A stretch of DNA of 64,000 bases from an uncultured delta proteobacterium (GTDB lineage: Bacteria; Desulfobacterota; Binatia; UBA9968). Positions 30,168 to 40,745 of the stretch are shown in pieces (position 1 is the stretch's first letter; each line of letters starts with the position of its first letter). The translations under genes were made by a program, and so were the position numbers. Under the pieces are notes generated by a model, which did no database searches, was not told the origin of the DNA, and saw only the letters and a program-made list of their open reading frames with translations. The stretch covers positions 192,001-256,000 of the forward strand of contig CAWFJP010000030.1 of the NCBI GenBank assembly GCA_963816145.1. Direction: 5' to 3'.

Positions 30168-30560
30168 ATGAGAAACATGGTTAACAAAGTATTGATCGTA
30201 GATAGTAACGATACCTTTCGGGGAACGCTCATGACCTTTATCGAGGGTTTGGGCCACCAAGTCTTCGAAGCCACTACAGGGCCAGAGGCGCTCGAAAAAG
30301 CCTCAAGCATTCATCCCAACTTGATCATGATGGACGTTCGCTTGCCGGGAATGAACGGCGATGAGGTCACCGCAAAATTGAAGTCGAATTCCGCCACACG
30401 AAACATACCAGTGGTGATAAACACCGGCTGGACCACGTCCTGTAACGTTGAAGACCGCATCCACCGCGCCCTCAATGCCGGGGCGGCGGAAATTATGTAC
30501 AAGCCAATCCAGATGCCGGAGCTTCGCGGCGTCCTGCGCAACTATTTATTAGCCTGCTAG
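30168..30560 (+). CDS. Single-domain response regulator (CheY-like)
   Basis: KVLIVD, LIMMDVRLPGMNG, IPVVINT, KPI; start 30168 or 30177. Confidence 0.85.
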   Translation: MRNMVNKVLIVDSNDTFRGTLMTFIEGLGHQVFEATTGPEALEKASSIHPNLIMMDVRLPGMNGDEVTAKLKSNSATRNIPVVINTGWTTSCNVEDRIHRALNAGAAEIMYKPIQMPELRGVLRNYLLAC

Positions 30561-30655
30561 ACCGCCAGATGGGTGAGCGCACCCGGCTGACAGATTATCG
30601 GTCCCAAGTCCTGCGCATTTACATCCGACCTTGAAACTGGTGAAACTTGAACGTA

Positions 30656-31567
30656 TTACCTCTGCATCTCCATAATGAAATCTCTGAGTCCCGCTTCCAC
30701 ATCAAACTTCGACACGTAGCCCAATTCACTCCGCGCCCTGGTAATGTCCAGAGCTGGCCGCGGGCGTGACGATACTTCGCGCGTGAAGCGCACAGCGCCG
30801 AGAACTTTCTTCAACCCCAGCTGAATGTCGGCGATCGTCGCCGCTACGCCGGTGCCGAGATTGTAGGCTTGGTGCGGCAGATTCGCGGCATGCGTCATTA
30901 AGTTTAGTCCTTGGGCGATATCTTTAACGTAAACGAAGTCGTTGGCGTCGGCGATGCCCGGCCCCATGGGCGCCGGTTTGCCGGCGAGCGCGGCTTGCAG
31001 CATCGCGTACATGTCCATGCCGACGTTGCCGCCACCGGTGTAGGGGCCGTAGCCGTAGACCGACGCGAAGCGCGGCAGGGCGAGTTCGAACTTGTACGTC
31101 GCCGCGTAAGCGGTCAGCACTTCCTCGCACGCCGCCTTTCCTGCTTGATAGACCCGCGCGCCGCCGTCGCGCCACGCCTCTTCGTGAATCGGCACCGGCG
31201 GATTGCGCAGATCGTAAACGCCTTGACTGCTGGCATGGATCAATCGGCGCACTCCGGTGAGCCGCACCGCCTCGGCAACGTTCAATGTCCCAATCAAGTT
31301 CACCTGAAAGCCGAAGTACGGCGTCCGATTGCCTTGCAGCCCGGCGGTGTGAATCACCACCTCGGCGCGCGTGCGCTGCATCGCCTCGATCAACGCCGGC
31401 AGCTCCCGAATATCGCCGCGAATCATCGGCAACTCTCGTCCAAGAACTTTGCGCAAATAATCCAAGTTGGGCTGCAAGTCGAAAAACGTCACCTCATCAC
31501 CGCGCTCCGTCAACTCCTTGGCCGTGTAGCAGCCGATCAAACCACATCCGGTAATCAAGACTCGCAT
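30656..31567 (-). CDS. NAD-dependent epimerase/dehydratase
   Basis: MRVLITGCGLIG, ASS..VY, YxxxK, DFVYVKD. Confidence 0.88.
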   Translation of the reverse strand: MRVLITGCGLIGCYTAKELTERGDEVTFFDLQPNLDYLRKVLGRELPMIRGDIRELPALIEAMQRTRAEVVIHTAGLQGNRTPYFGFQVNLIGTLNVAEAVRLTGVRRLIHASSQGVYDLRNPPVPIHEEAWRDGGARVYQAGKAACEEVLTAYAATYKFELALPRFASVYGYGPYTGGGNVGMDMYAMLQAALAGKPAPMGPGIADANDFVYVKDIAQGLNLMTHAANLPHQAYNLGTGVAATIADIQLGLKKVLGAVRFTREVSSRPRPALDITRARSELGYVSKFDVEAGLRDFIMEMQR

Positions 31568-31593
31568 GACAGTCCCCTCATCAAAATCCCGGA

Positions 31594-31617
31594 AGGGCGA
31601 CCGCCGGTCGCCCCTAC
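31594..31617 (-). repeat. GTAG-type REP hairpin
   Basis: Minus strand gtaggggcgaccggcggtcgccct. Confidence 0.65.
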
Positions 31618-31629
31618 GCTCCTTGAGAA

Positions 31630-31678
31630 CCCCCACCTCTCTCCTCCCCCGCGTCGCGGGGGAGGAGAGAGGTGGGGG
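31630..31678. repeat. Perfect 24-bp inverted repeat (REP-like), followed by a 9-mer GGAAC tandem to 31723
   Basis: cccccacctctctcctcccccgcg-t-cgcgggggaggagagaggtggggg. Confidence 0.75.
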
Positions 31679-31727
31679 ATTGAACGATTTGGAACATCTG
31701 GAACCTCTGGAACAACTGGAACGAGCT

Positions 31728-32714
31728 TTAGATATTGAGTTCTTTCGACCGATCATAATCATGCCGCCCACCCGCCGCCGCACCGAGCGGGAAGATCCGG
31801 TCGATCGCCGCCAGATCGTCTGGCGTTAACGAAACATCCGCCGCCGCGGCGTTGGCTTCGAGATTGGCGATCTTGTACGTGCCGGGGATCGGCACGAAGA
31901 AGTCGCCTTGATGGAGAATCCACGCCAGCGCCAATTGCGCCACCGTGCATTTCTTAGCTCTGGCAATCCCTTCCAATTGCTTGAGCAAGCCTACGTTATG
32001 CTGAAAATTCTCAGCGTGAAAGCGCGGTCCGCGCCGCTTGGCTTCCTTCTCGCCCAGGTCCGCGAAGTCGTTCCATTTGCCGCTCAAGAATCCTCGCCCC
32101 AGAGCATAGTAAGCGACATAACCAATACCCAACTCCCGGCAAACCGGAATCGTGTTTCGTTCGTAATCGCGCGTCCACAAAGAATACTCGCTCTGCACGG
32201 CAGCAATCGGATGGATCGCGTTGGCGCGGCGCAACGTCTCCGGTCCGGCTTCGCTCAAACCGAGATGGCGCACTTTCCCTTGCTCGACGAGACGCTTCAT
32301 CGCGCCGACGGTTTCTTCGATGGTCACTTTGGGATCGACGCGGTGAAGGTAATAAAGATCGATATAGTCGGTTTGCAGCCGGCGCAGGGAATTGTCGCAT
32401 GCCCAGGCCACGTACTCGGGCCGGCCTTCGACTTCGCGTCCCTCCGCCCAGGGCTGGCCGCGCAGGTTGCCGAACTTGCTGGTCAGGACGACTTCGCCGC
32501 GCCGGCCTTTCAAGACTTTGGCGAGGATCTCTTCGTTGTTGCCGTTGTTATGGTCGGCGGTGTCGATGAAATTCATGCCGATGTCGATGGCCCGGTGCAG
32601 CACGGCGATCGCCTGTTGCTCGTCGGCGTCGCTGAGCTTGCCCTGAAACGGCGGACAGCCGTAGCCGATGGCGGAGACTTTCAAACCCTCCTTGCCGAGA
32701 AAACGGTATTGCAT
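31728..32714 (-). CDS. Aldo/keto reductase
   Basis: LG..GLKVSAIGYG, DTAD, SLRRL.TDYIDLYYLHRVD, GLSEA, QSEYSLW, PIPGT. Confidence 0.93.
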   Translation of the reverse strand: MQYRFLGKEGLKVSAIGYGCPPFQGKLSDADEQQAIAVLHRAIDIGMNFIDTADHNNGNNEEILAKVLKGRRGEVVLTSKFGNLRGQPWAEGREVEGRPEYVAWACDNSLRRLQTDYIDLYYLHRVDPKVTIEETVGAMKRLVEQGKVRHLGLSEAGPETLRRANAIHPIAAVQSEYSLWTRDYERNTIPVCRELGIGYVAYYALGRGFLSGKWNDFADLGEKEAKRRGPRFHAENFQHNVGLLKQLEGIARAKKCTVAQLALAWILHQGDFFVPIPGTYKIANLEANAAAADVSLTPDDLAAIDRIFPLGAAAGGRHDYDRSKELNI

Positions 32715-32859
32715 GTGAAACCCCTCCCGGCGAAATAATGGTCCACAACGGCATAGCGATTCAAGTTGCAATAACGACTATTTGTTTGCTAACAATCGCG
32801 CCAGTCCGGATAGTCGCTTAGCGCCGAATTTATCGGAAGTGGTTTTCATCAGGAAGTGA

Positions 32860-33064
32860 CCATGAGCTGACACTCGTCTACAGAATGTGAAATTGGAGGA
32901 TTTCCCTCGACATGATTCTCTTTTCGAATCGTCATTCCCGCGCAGGCGGGGAATCCAGGTTTGTTTTCCGCCAAATTAGCCTGGATACCCGCTTCCGCGG
33001 GTATGACGGAGCTGAGCGGTTTCTTCGTTCGGGAGATCATCTTCACATGCCTATTTTCGATGGA
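32860..33064. mobile_element. About 205-bp MITE-like element, copy A, with internal GTCATTCCCGC REP hairpin (32931-33007)
   Basis: Colinear similarity to 55528-55738 (ccatg..acactcgtctacag ... gtcattcccgcgcaggc.ggaatccagg...gcctggata..cgc....gcgggtatgac ... tattttcga.gga). Confidence 0.65.
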
Positions 33065-33065
33065 G

Positions 33066-33127
33066 AGCACGAAGGGTTCAGATATCAAATTTCCGAACTT
33101 CGTGATCTTCGTGTCCTTCGTGGTGAA
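33066..33127. repeat. 9-mer CACGAAG palindrome
   Basis: agcacgaaggg...tccgaacttcgtgatcttcgtgtccttcgtggtgaa. Confidence 0.75.
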
Positions 33128-33152
33128 CAAGTCTTTCCCATAAGGAGTTGCC

Positions 33153-34178
33153 ATGACGGCAAAGTTGTTCGCAACGTTCGGTGCAATCGCATTGCTCTTC
33201 GGGGTTTCGTCTCAGCCATCCGCCCAGGACTCGTTCTATAAAGGCAAAACCGTACGCATCATGGTCGGCGGCTCGGCCGGCGGCGGCTACGACACCTACA
33301 CGCGCACCATCGCACGGCATCTCGGCAAACATATTCCCGGCAATCCCAGCTTCGTCGTCGAAAACATGACCGGCGCTGGCAGTTTGATCGCCGCTAATTA
33401 CACCTACAAGATCGCCAAGCCGGACGGACTCACCATCGGCCACTTCATCGGCGGCCTGATGCTGCAACAGGTCATGGGCAAACCGGGAATAGAGTTCGAG
33501 GGACAAAAATTCGAATACCTGGGCGTGCCGGCACAGGATTCCCTGGTGCTCGGCGTCACCAAGGCCGCCGGCATAACCAGCGTCGAACAATGGCTCGCGA
33601 CCAGGACGACGCTAAAATTTGGCGGTGTCGGCCCTGGCGCGGGCACCGACGATGTCCCCAAAGTCGTGCGCGCCACCGTCGGTGTGCCGATTCAACTGAT
33701 CTCCGGTTACAAAGGCACCGCCGACATCCGCCTGGCGATGGCCGCCGGAGAACTCCACGGCGTAACCAATTCATGGGAGTCGTATAAATCGGGATGGAGC
33801 AAAGAAATCGATTCCGGTTCGGTGCTCCTGCTGCTGCAGACACTGCCCCAGCGGCATCCCGAACTACCCAACGTTCCGGCGATCCTTGATTTCGTTAAGA
33901 ACGACGATGATCGCAAACTGGTGCAGACCGGCATCTTCGACTACAGCGCCATCGCCCGCCCCTACGCATTGCCACCCAAAACTCCTAAAGATCGAGTCCA
34001 GCTACTGCGCAAAGGACTAACCGACACCTACAAGGATCCGGAGTTTATCGCCGATGCGCGGCGCGCCCGTCTCGACATGAACCCGATCAGCGGAGAGGAG
34101 TTGGAGAAAGTCGTAGCGCGGGTTTATCAACTCGACAAAGCGCTGGTCGAAAAGCTTAAGGACATACTGCTCAAATAA
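33153..34178 (+). CDS. Bug/TctC tripartite tricarboxylate transporter substrate-binding protein
   Basis: FYKGKTVRI.VG.SAGGGYD, HIPGNP..VVENM.GAG, KPDGLT, GYKG, LPNVP. Confidence 0.88.
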   Translation: MTAKLFATFGAIALLFGVSSQPSAQDSFYKGKTVRIMVGGSAGGGYDTYTRTIARHLGKHIPGNPSFVVENMTGAGSLIAANYTYKIAKPDGLTIGHFIGGLMLQQVMGKPGIEFEGQKFEYLGVPAQDSLVLGVTKAAGITSVEQWLATRTTLKFGGVGPGAGTDDVPKVVRATVGVPIQLISGYKGTADIRLAMAAGELHGVTNSWESYKSGWSKEIDSGSVLLLLQTLPQRHPELPNVPAILDFVKNDDDRKLVQTGIFDYSAIARPYALPPKTPKDRVQLLRKGLTDTYKDPEFIADARRARLDMNPISGEELEKVVARVYQLDKALVEKLKDILLK

Positions 34179-34217
34179 AGCGGTGACAATTTCATTGCCA
34201 TTCCCAGCTGAACAGCC

Positions 34218-34244
34218 GTAGGGGGCGGGTTTTAAACCCGCCCT
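34218..34244 (+). repeat. GTAG-type REP hairpin
   Basis: gtagggggcgggttttaaacccgccct. Confidence 0.7.
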
Positions 34245-34278
34245 GACAAAATGCGCGAATACTCAAAAGCAAACCACC

Positions 34279-35001
34279 ATGGCTAACGCCAACGAATATC
34301 AAGGCCGCATCGCCGTGGTAACCGGCGGTAGCGGCGGCATCGGCGGCGCCATCGCCAAGCGGCTTGCCGCCGAAGGCGCCGTCGTCCATATACTCGATGT
34401 CAAACCAGGAAGCGTCGACGGTAGATTCCATGCGCTCGATGTCGGCGACGAAGCTTCGGTCAACCACGTCTTCGACGCCATTGGCGCCGAGCATGGCGCC
34501 ATCGATTATCTAATCTGCTGCGCCGGCATCTACCGGCCGCAACCGTTTCTCGAGCTGAGCCTCGACGCCTGGCGCCAGACGCTGGATGTCAATTTGACCG
34601 GCATGTTTCTCTCTTGCCGCGCCGCTTTGAAATACATGACGCCGCATAAGTTCGGCCGCATCGTCCTCTTCTCTTCTATGGCCGCGCGCACGGGGGGCAA
34701 GAACGTCGCCCACTACGCCGCATCCAAGGGCGGCATTCTGGGCCTAGCCCGCGCTCTCGCCGTCGAAGTCGCCGCCGATAATATCCGCGTCAACGCGATC
34801 TCGCCGGTCATCACCGATACGCCAATGCCGCGCGCAGTGGTGTCGAAAGAATATTTACTCTCGCGCAAGGATAAGATTCCGCTAGGCCGCATCGGCGACG
34901 TCCAAGACATGGTCGAAGCCTGCTTGTTTCTGCTCAGCGAGGACAGCGCTTACATGACCGGCCAGGACCTGCGCGTGAATGGAGGCTCGACGCTATGGTA
35001 A
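34279..35001 (+). CDS. SDR oxidoreductase
   Basis: TGGSGGIG, YAASK, IRVNAISP. Confidence 0.92.
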   Translation: MANANEYQGRIAVVTGGSGGIGGAIAKRLAAEGAVVHILDVKPGSVDGRFHALDVGDEASVNHVFDAIGAEHGAIDYLICCAGIYRPQPFLELSLDAWRQTLDVNLTGMFLSCRAALKYMTPHKFGRIVLFSSMAARTGGKNVAHYAASKGGILGLARALAVEVAADNIRVNAISPVITDTPMPRAVVSKEYLLSRKDKIPLGRIGDVQDMVEACLFLLSEDSAYMTGQDLRVNGGSTLW

Positions 35002-35756
35002 CGGCGGCGCACTCGCGTGTCACCGTCATCACTGGCGGCGGCAGCGGCTTGGGTCGAGCCGCGGCGGTTCGCTTAGCGCGCAAAGGCGACCAGGTCTGCA
35101 TCTGCGATCTGAAAGCCGACGCGGCTAACGACACCGCCGAGCTGATTCGATCCTCGGGCGGCAGCGTATTTACCGGTGTCGTCGACGTGCGCGAGCAATC
35201 TCAAGTGAACGCGTGGATCGCCAAGGTGATCGACGAGTTCGGCAAGATCGACTGTTTGTTCAGCAATGCCGGCGTCAACGCTCGCGCCTTGGTCGCCAAC
35301 ATGACGCTGGCGCAATGGTCGCTGCTCATCGATACCCATGTCACGGGAACTTTCAATTTCTGCCAGGCGGTGCTGCGCCACATGGTGGCGCGACAATCCG
35401 GCGCCATCGTCATCACCTCTTCGGACTTCGCCATCATCGGCGTGGCCAACGCGGCGAACTATTGCGCCGCCAAAACCGCTCTCTATTCGCTGACCAAATC
35501 CCTGGCTTTGGAATTCGCGCCGCATATTCGCGTCAACGCCATCGGTCCCGGCCCCATCGACACGCCGCTCCTACGCGCCAACCGCACCCCGGAAGAATTC
35601 GAAACCGCCCGGCGCGCCTTCGAGAGCCGCTTGCCAATGAAAAGATTAGGTCAGCCGGAAGAAATCGCCGCCGTTGTGGATTTCCTGTTAAGCGACCGCG
35701 CGTCGTTTATCACCGGCCAACTGCTTCAGCCCAACGGCGGCCAAGTAATGTGGTAA
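34995..35756 (+). CDS. SDR oxidoreductase
   Basis: TGGGSGLG, SNAG, YCAAK; overlaps upstream SDR. Confidence 0.92.
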   Translation: MVTAAHSRVTVITGGGSGLGRAAAVRLARKGDQVCICDLKADAANDTAELIRSSGGSVFTGVVDVREQSQVNAWIAKVIDEFGKIDCLFSNAGVNARALVANMTLAQWSLLIDTHVTGTFNFCQAVLRHMVARQSGAIVITSSDFAIIGVANAANYCAAKTALYSLTKSLALEFAPHIRVNAIGPGPIDTPLLRANRTPEEFETARRAFESRLPMKRLGQPEEIAAVVDFLLSDRASFITGQLLQPNGGQVMW

Positions 35757-35763
35757 AAAACAA

Positions 35764-35845
35764 GATGAAGCTCGAAGGATGAAGGATGAATTATCCGGAT
35801 TAGGAATCGACGGCTTTCACTTCATCCTTCTGCCTTCATCCTTCA
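35764..35845. repeat. 7-mer palindrome (TGAAGGA/TCCTTCA) with central TCCGGA, between convergent genes
   Basis: gatgaagctcgaaggatgaaggatgaa-ttatccggat...ttcacttcatccttctgccttcatccttca. Confidence 0.75.
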
Positions 35846-35848
35846 TAC

Positions 35849-37315
35849 TTATTTCAAAAGGTAGCCGAACATCTCCCTTGCCTTGCGCACCACATCCTGG
35901 CTCGGCGCGTTGACCTTGGGGAACTTGTCGCCCCACTCGAAGGGGCGGGTGGCGTCGATGATCATGCGCGAATTGGTAAAGTCGCGAATTTTTCTCTGGT
36001 CCGGCGTCAAGCGCGGATCGGCCGGCGTGCTGCGCATGCGCTTAACGATCTCGACGGAAGTCTCCGGATCGTAGCGCGACAAGGTCGCCCACATAAGCTG
36101 GTCGAGATTCGACACATCGATATCGTCGTCGACGACGATGACCATCTTCAAACCGTAGACGCTGGCGCCGCAGCTCGACGCCAACGTCGCCACTTGTTTG
36201 GCGTGGCCGGGATAGCGCTGCTTGATCGCCAGCGCCACCAGCATGCGCGACGCGCCGATCTCGTGCGGCCAGACTTGCGTCACGTCGGGCACGCCGGCGC
36301 TCCGCAGTTCGTTTTTGAGCATGGCCGAGCGCATGATGGCGCGATAACGCGCCATCTCGTCCGAGCCGCCGCCGATGGGCGGCACGCCGAGAATGATCGG
36401 ATCGTTGCGGTGGTAGATCGCTTCGATCTCAAGCACCGGCTGGGCGCTCTCGTCCGAGGCGTAGTAACCGGTCCACTCGCCAAAGGGTCCTTCGAACTTG
36501 CGGTTGTCGTTGTTGAGAAAACCTTCGAAGACGATCTCGGAATTGGCCGGAAACGGCAGCCCGGTGATCTTGCCGCGCACCACTTCCACCGCCTTCCGCC
36601 GCATGCCGCCGACCACATCGTACTCGCAGACGCCGTAGGGATGCTCGGTGCCGGCCATGAAGAAAAACAACGGATCGCCGCCGAGCACCAGCGCGATTGG
36701 CATGCGCTCGCCTTTGCGAAAATATTTTTGCCGGTGCATATAGCCATGCTTGCCGGGAACCATCAATAGGCTCACCGACTTCTTGTCTTGAATCATCGCG
36801 CGGTAGCAGCCGGCGTTGATCCATTGCTCGTCCGGGTCCATGGTCACCGAATAACACCCGGTGCCGATGTAGCGGCCGCCGTCGTCGCGGTGCCAGACCG
36901 GCGTCGGAAACTTCTCGATGTCGATGTCGTCTTTCTGGACGATGTTCTCGAACACCGGCCCGTTGTCGACGAACACCGGAGCGAGATGCTTGGCATCGGT
37001 CTGGTAATGCGCGAAATAAGCGTCGCTCAAATCTTGCTTGGTCAATCCTTGAGGAAAGCCGAAGGTCATGGCGCGCCGCTTGCCGGCAAAGGTGTTGATG
37101 ATCACGCGAAAGCCCTTGGGGCAGCCCGGCACCTCGTCAAAGATCACCGCCGGCCCATCATCGGGCGGCACCACCACATCGGTGGCCAGGCCGATATCTT
37201 CCTGCCACGACGCGCCGCGCACGGTCTTCAATTCGCCGAGCTTGTCCGCCTCCGCCATCCACTCGCGCAGGTCGGTAAAAGCGATATGCGGTTGAATCTT
37301 TGAACTGTCGAACAT
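35849..37315 (-). CDS. UbiD-family (prFMN) decarboxylase
   Basis: DLREW, DGGRYIGT, N.GCYR, EGPFGEWTGYY, VVDDDID. Confidence 0.92.
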   Translation of the reverse strand: MFDSSKIQPHIAFTDLREWMAEADKLGELKTVRGASWQEDIGLATDVVVPPDDGPAVIFDEVPGCPKGFRVIINTFAGKRRAMTFGFPQGLTKQDLSDAYFAHYQTDAKHLAPVFVDNGPVFENIVQKDDIDIEKFPTPVWHRDDGGRYIGTGCYSVTMDPDEQWINAGCYRAMIQDKKSVSLLMVPGKHGYMHRQKYFRKGERMPIALVLGGDPLFFFMAGTEHPYGVCEYDVVGGMRRKAVEVVRGKITGLPFPANSEIVFEGFLNNDNRKFEGPFGEWTGYYASDESAQPVLEIEAIYHRNDPIILGVPPIGGGSDEMARYRAIMRSAMLKNELRSAGVPDVTQVWPHEIGASRMLVALAIKQRYPGHAKQVATLASSCGASVYGLKMVIVVDDDIDVSNLDQLMWATLSRYDPETSVEIVKRMRSTPADPRLTPDQRKIRDFTNSRMIIDATRPFEWGDKFPKVNAPSQDVVRKAREMFGYLLK

Positions 37316-37418
37316 GGTTGGCTCCTTTGAGTTCAGAATTGCTTGTTTGTGGAAAAACTTATCACATCGGAATCGCCAAAGGGAATTCTCGGGCAGGCTG
37401 GAACTCCCTCGCCCGGAT

Positions 37419-37473
37419 TCCGAAAACGTTTTGAACGGAGTGAAGCGGTTGAACGACTTGAACGTTTTGAACG
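37419..37473. repeat. 9-mer TTGAACG tandem preceded by TCCGAA
   Basis: tccgaaaacgttttgaacggagtgaagcggttgaacgacttgaacgttttgaacg; inverted partial copies at about 38328-38452. Confidence 0.65.
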
Positions 37474-37477
37474 CGAC

Positions 37478-38305
37478 TCAGTGCCGATCCACCCATTCGC
37501 GAATGATTCGGTTGGTCTCCTCCGGCTTTTGCCAGAAAAAGCCGTGGCCACAGCCCTCGATGACTCTAAATTCCGCACCCTTGATGTTGTCGCGCAGATG
37601 TTCGGTAGTGGCGACATGATTGCCGGTGTCTGCGTCGACTTTATCCTCGCTGCCAACCAGGCAGAGCGTCGGCGCTGTGATCTTGGGCAAATGCTCGCCG
37701 GTCTCATGACGGTTGCGCGCAATGACATGCTCCAGGTAAGGTTCGAGCTTCGGCGCGTTATCCCAGAAGGCCGCGAATAATTTTGACAGCACTTCGGGAT
37801 GGGCCTTAACGAACGCCTCAGGAAAAAAGAACTTACTCTGAAAGTGATGCCACATATGTTCTTTGTAGCCGCGCGTGATCAAGCTCTCGGTGGCATTGAC
37901 GGTCAGCCCGCGCGGATAGTTGGGCAATCCCATGAAGCCTGAACCGGAAGCCGCTTGGATCATGCTGCGCACCCGCGTCGGATGATCAATGGCCATCCAC
38001 TGGCAAACCCGCCCACCCATGGAGTGGCCGATAATATGCGCCGGCTCTTTGACGCCAATAGCGTCTAGTAAATTGATCGCATCGTCAGAGAACTGCCTCG
38101 TCGAGTATGGTCCCTTCGGCGCATCGGATTTGCCGACACCGCGATGATCGTAGACGATCACCCGATACCGGTCGACCAACGCCGGCACCTGCTTCAACTT
38201 CCACGGCTCTCCCGGCCATCCCGTGCCCGAGACAAACAGAAACGGCACGCCGTTGCCGAAAGATTCGTAGTGCAACTTTACTGCGCCTGTCTGTGCGTAG
38301 GGCAT
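37478..38305 (-). CDS. Alpha/beta fold hydrolase
   Basis: YDHRGVGKS, GHSMGG, HGFFWQ. Confidence 0.9.
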   Translation of the reverse strand: MPYAQTGAVKLHYESFGNGVPFLFVSGTGWPGEPWKLKQVPALVDRYRVIVYDHRGVGKSDAPKGPYSTRQFSDDAINLLDAIGVKEPAHIIGHSMGGRVCQWMAIDHPTRVRSMIQAASGSGFMGLPNYPRGLTVNATESLITRGYKEHMWHHFQSKFFFPEAFVKAHPEVLSKLFAAFWDNAPKLEPYLEHVIARNRHETGEHLPKITAPTLCLVGSEDKVDADTGNHVATTEHLRDNIKGAEFRVIEGCGHGFFWQKPEETNRIIREWVDRH

Positions 38306-38616
38306 CTTCGCTTCGCTCCTCGATCAAATCGTTCAAGCCGTTCAACCGCTTCCCTTTAATTACCCTCAGGTACATGAGGCTCACGAACAGCGCTTCGTTC
38401 AAACTGTTCGGCCCCGCTAAACGTGAGTGGTTCGGCGTTCAAAGGTTCAACGTCTATGACTGAGTGTTCCCACCTTCTTCCGACAGAATGAATGCTTGGA
38501 AATCTATTGTTATTGATATTAGCTGTCAACTGAGGATTTCCTAAGAATCGAGCAAAAAGGGTTGATGCAAAACGCAGAAATCAGCTAATGTCAGCGCCGG
38601 AAAGGACCCTGCCCAC

Positions 38617-39576
38617 ATGCTCATTCAGGTGATCCGCAGCCTCGTTGCGGTGTTGGTCATCACCGCGTTGACCTACCCCGTGCCAGTTCGTGCCGCCGCC
38701 GAGTTGACCACCATCCGCATCGCTCACAACGGCTTTTCGAGCGAGATGCCCTTCTACGTCGGCAAGGACGCCGGTATCTTCGTCAAGCATGGCTTCAACG
38801 TCGAACCGATCTTTATCCTCGGCGGCTCGACAACCATCCAGGCGCTGATCGGCAAGAGCCTTGATCTGCTCATGGGCGGCGCCACGCCCATGCTTTCAGC
38901 GGTGATCAACGGCGCGCAATTGAAAATTATCGGTGGCATGAACAATCGCATTCCGTTCACCCTCTTGGCCCAACCGGAAATCAAAACTGGTGCCCAACTC
39001 AAAGGCAAAAAAATCGGCATCACCCGCTTTGGCAGCAACACCGACTTCATCGCCCGCTTAGCGGCGCAGGAATTTGGGCTAAATCCGAAAAGCGATATTA
39101 CCATCGTCCAAGCCGGCGCGCCGGAAAGCCGCTTGCTCGCGCTCAAGACGCGAACCGTGGACGCGACGCTGTTTAACATCGAGCAGGCCGTGGTGGCGCG
39201 CAAGATGGGTTACAACGTGCTGGTCAATTTTCTCGAAAAAGACATCGACTATACCCACATCGCGATCATCGCCCGCGACGAGACGATCAAAACCCAGCCC
39301 GACATGCTGCGCCGCTTCATGCGCGTCTACGTCGAATCGATCCGTTATTTCAAATCGCACAAAGAAGAAGCGATCAAGAAAAGCATGCAATTACAAAAGC
39401 TGGCCGACCGCGAAGCGATCGAGACCGGATATCTGAGCAACGTCAAAGCGCTGCCCGACGACGGCCGGCCGACGGTCAAAGGCACCCAGTTAGTGATCGA
39501 CGCTGCAGTCCTCGACGATCCGCGGGCTAAGAATTACACGCCGCAGCAGTTGATGGATCTGAGCTTTCTGCCGTAG
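38617..39576 (+). CDS. NMT1/SsuA-like substrate-binding protein
   Basis: AGIFVKHG, LKGKKIGITRFGS.TD, DLSFL. Confidence 0.88.
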   Translation: MLIQVIRSLVAVLVITALTYPVPVRAAAELTTIRIAHNGFSSEMPFYVGKDAGIFVKHGFNVEPIFILGGSTTIQALIGKSLDLLMGGATPMLSAVINGAQLKIIGGMNNRIPFTLLAQPEIKTGAQLKGKKIGITRFGSNTDFIARLAAQEFGLNPKSDITIVQAGAPESRLLALKTRTVDATLFNIEQAVVARKMGYNVLVNFLEKDIDYTHIAIIARDETIKTQPDMLRRFMRVYVESIRYFKSHKEEAIKKSMQLQKLADREAIETGYLSNVKALPDDGRPTVKGTQLVIDAAVLDDPRAKNYTPQQLMDLSFLP

Positions 39577-39583
39577 AAGATAG

Positions 39584-39664
39584 TGGAGTGATGGAGTATT
39601 AGCTGTGTTGGGTTAAAAATCCGGAATACCCGTCACTCCAACACTCCGTTACTCCAATATTCCC
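39584..39664. repeat. 8-9-mer palindrome (GGAGT arms / ACTCC arms) with central TCCGGA
   Basis: tggagtgatggagtattag...aaaaatccggaatacc...tcactccaacactccgttactccaatattccc. Confidence 0.7.
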
Positions 39665-39678
39665 GCTACCAAGGAGCC

Positions 39679-40695
39679 GTGATGAAACTTAATCTACGAT
39701 TGATAACACTGGCCACACTACTCACAACCACCACCGCGTTCGCCCAAGACTCGTTTTTTCGTGGCAAGACCGTCCGCATCATCGTGCCTTTCGCCGCCGG
39801 CGGCGGCTATGACATCTACTCGCGTATCATGGGCCGGCATATGGGCAAGTATGTTCCCGGCAATCCGGTCTTCGTCGTCGACAACATGACCGGCGCCGGC
39901 GGTTTGATCGGGGTCAATCATGTCTACAAAGTCGCCAAGCCCGATGGCCTGACCATGGCGACGCCCATCGGCACTATGTTCGTCGACCAATTGATCGGCA
40001 AGCCGGGCATCGAGTTCGACGGCAGAAAATTCGAGTATATCGGCGCACCGGCACAAGACACCCAGCTGCTGATCGTCCACAAACGCACGGGATTAAAAAG
40101 CGTCGAACAATGGCTGGCGCATCCGACGCCGGTGAAATTCGGCAGCACCGGCCCTGGCTCCGCCAATGAATCGATTCCGAAAATCGCCAAGGAAGCGCTC
40201 AATCTGCCGCTGCAAGTGGTGTCCGGCTACAAGGGCAGTTCGGTGATCCGCCTGGCGTTCAACAGCGGCGAAGTCGACGGGGTGGCGAATGCCTGGGAAT
40301 CGATGGTCTCGACCTGGCCGCAAGAGACGCAAAATGGCGACGCCGTGGTCCTGCTGCAAGCCGCCGGTAAACGCCATCCCGACTTGCCCAACGTGCCGCT
40401 GGTCATCGACTACGCTAAAACCGACATGGCGAAGAAACTCGTCCAAGGCGTGATCAACAACTTCGGTGCCACCGCGCGTCCCTACGTCGTCACCCCAGGC
40501 ACGCCCAAAGCGCGCGTCGAGATATTGCGCAAAGCCTTCATGGATACCATGCGCGATCCCGAATTCGCTACGGAGTTGAAACGGGCCAAACTCGACTTGA
40601 ACCCGCTCGACGGCGCGACCTTGGAGAAAAACATCGGAGAGTTGTTCGCTTTGGATAAAGCCTTGATTCCTAAGTTGACGGAGATTCTGAAATAA
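39679..40695 (+). CDS. Bug/TctC substrate-binding protein
   Basis: FFRGKTVRIIVPFAAGGGYD; paralog of 33153. Confidence 0.88.
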   Translation: MMKLNLRLITLATLLTTTTAFAQDSFFRGKTVRIIVPFAAGGGYDIYSRIMGRHMGKYVPGNPVFVVDNMTGAGGLIGVNHVYKVAKPDGLTMATPIGTMFVDQLIGKPGIEFDGRKFEYIGAPAQDTQLLIVHKRTGLKSVEQWLAHPTPVKFGSTGPGSANESIPKIAKEALNLPLQVVSGYKGSSVIRLAFNSGEVDGVANAWESMVSTWPQETQNGDAVVLLQAAGKRHPDLPNVPLVIDYAKTDMAKKLVQGVINNFGATARPYVVTPGTPKARVEILRKAFMDTMRDPEFATELKRAKLDLNPLDGATLEKNIGELFALDKALIPKLTEILK

Positions 40696-40745
40696 GAAAG
40701 AATCAGGCCGATACGAGTTCCTGGTTTTTGCATAAGGAGTAACCA